Shown one piece after another: positions 63,831-64,000 of a stretch of DNA of 64,000 nt. The stretch is taken from assembly GCF_018977255.1 (NCBI RefSeq), contig NW_024704742.1, positions 134,542,001 through 134,606,000 of the forward strand, written 5' to 3'. Within the stretch, counting starts at the first letter, position 1, and each line of letters opens with the position of its first letter. Below the pieces are notes generated by a model, which searched no databases, was not told the origin of the DNA, and was given only the letters and a program-made list of their open reading frames with translations. Source of the DNA: Callorhinchus milii (Eukaryota). The position numbers were made by a program, and so were the translations under genes.

Positions 63831-64000
63831 TCTCGTCTACACAACCAAACTCGCATTTCGAGAAGAATGTAAGACTCGGGAATGTATCTGCTTCTGTCAC
63901 TCCTATTTCCAAGTTAAGTGTGATGACGGCATAGAAAGTAACTTCTTCCTTCACTTGTAGATCATCCTTCAAGTCTGAATTTGTATTGGGATGATTGTTT

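Noticed and set aside
63772..63960. Possible ATP8B1 coding exon at the window end
   Set aside because: The ORF starts in a SINE tail and shows no recognisable similarity to a P4-ATPase.

Overview
Repeat-dense vertebrate genomic DNA, most likely a cartilaginous fish (shark or chimaera), inferred from the CR1, L2 and Deu-domain SINE content. The only host coding sequence I can support is a 45-nt first coding exon on the minus strand (27580->27536, MATHNEPIYGLSEDE|GTGAGT), which matches the N-terminus of the E3 ligase NEDD4L. It has a CpG-island promoter at about 28.1-29.0 kb, and positions 1-27535 are its first intron. The rest is mostly decayed CR1 and L2 LINEs, two tRNA-derived SINE families sharing an L2-type tail, minisatellites, and an unclassified hairpin-rich ~320-nt repeat with about 6 copies. 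There are also candidate regulatory or non-coding exon islands at 46-47 kb and 52 kb. The long ORFs in the track that I could assign come from LINE fragments or simple repeats. I find no convincing novel gene system. The best leads are the unclassified structured repeat, the modular SINE/L2 tail system and a frameshifted CR1 subfamily. Repeat boundaries were read by eye and are approximate, and only representative copies are listed.
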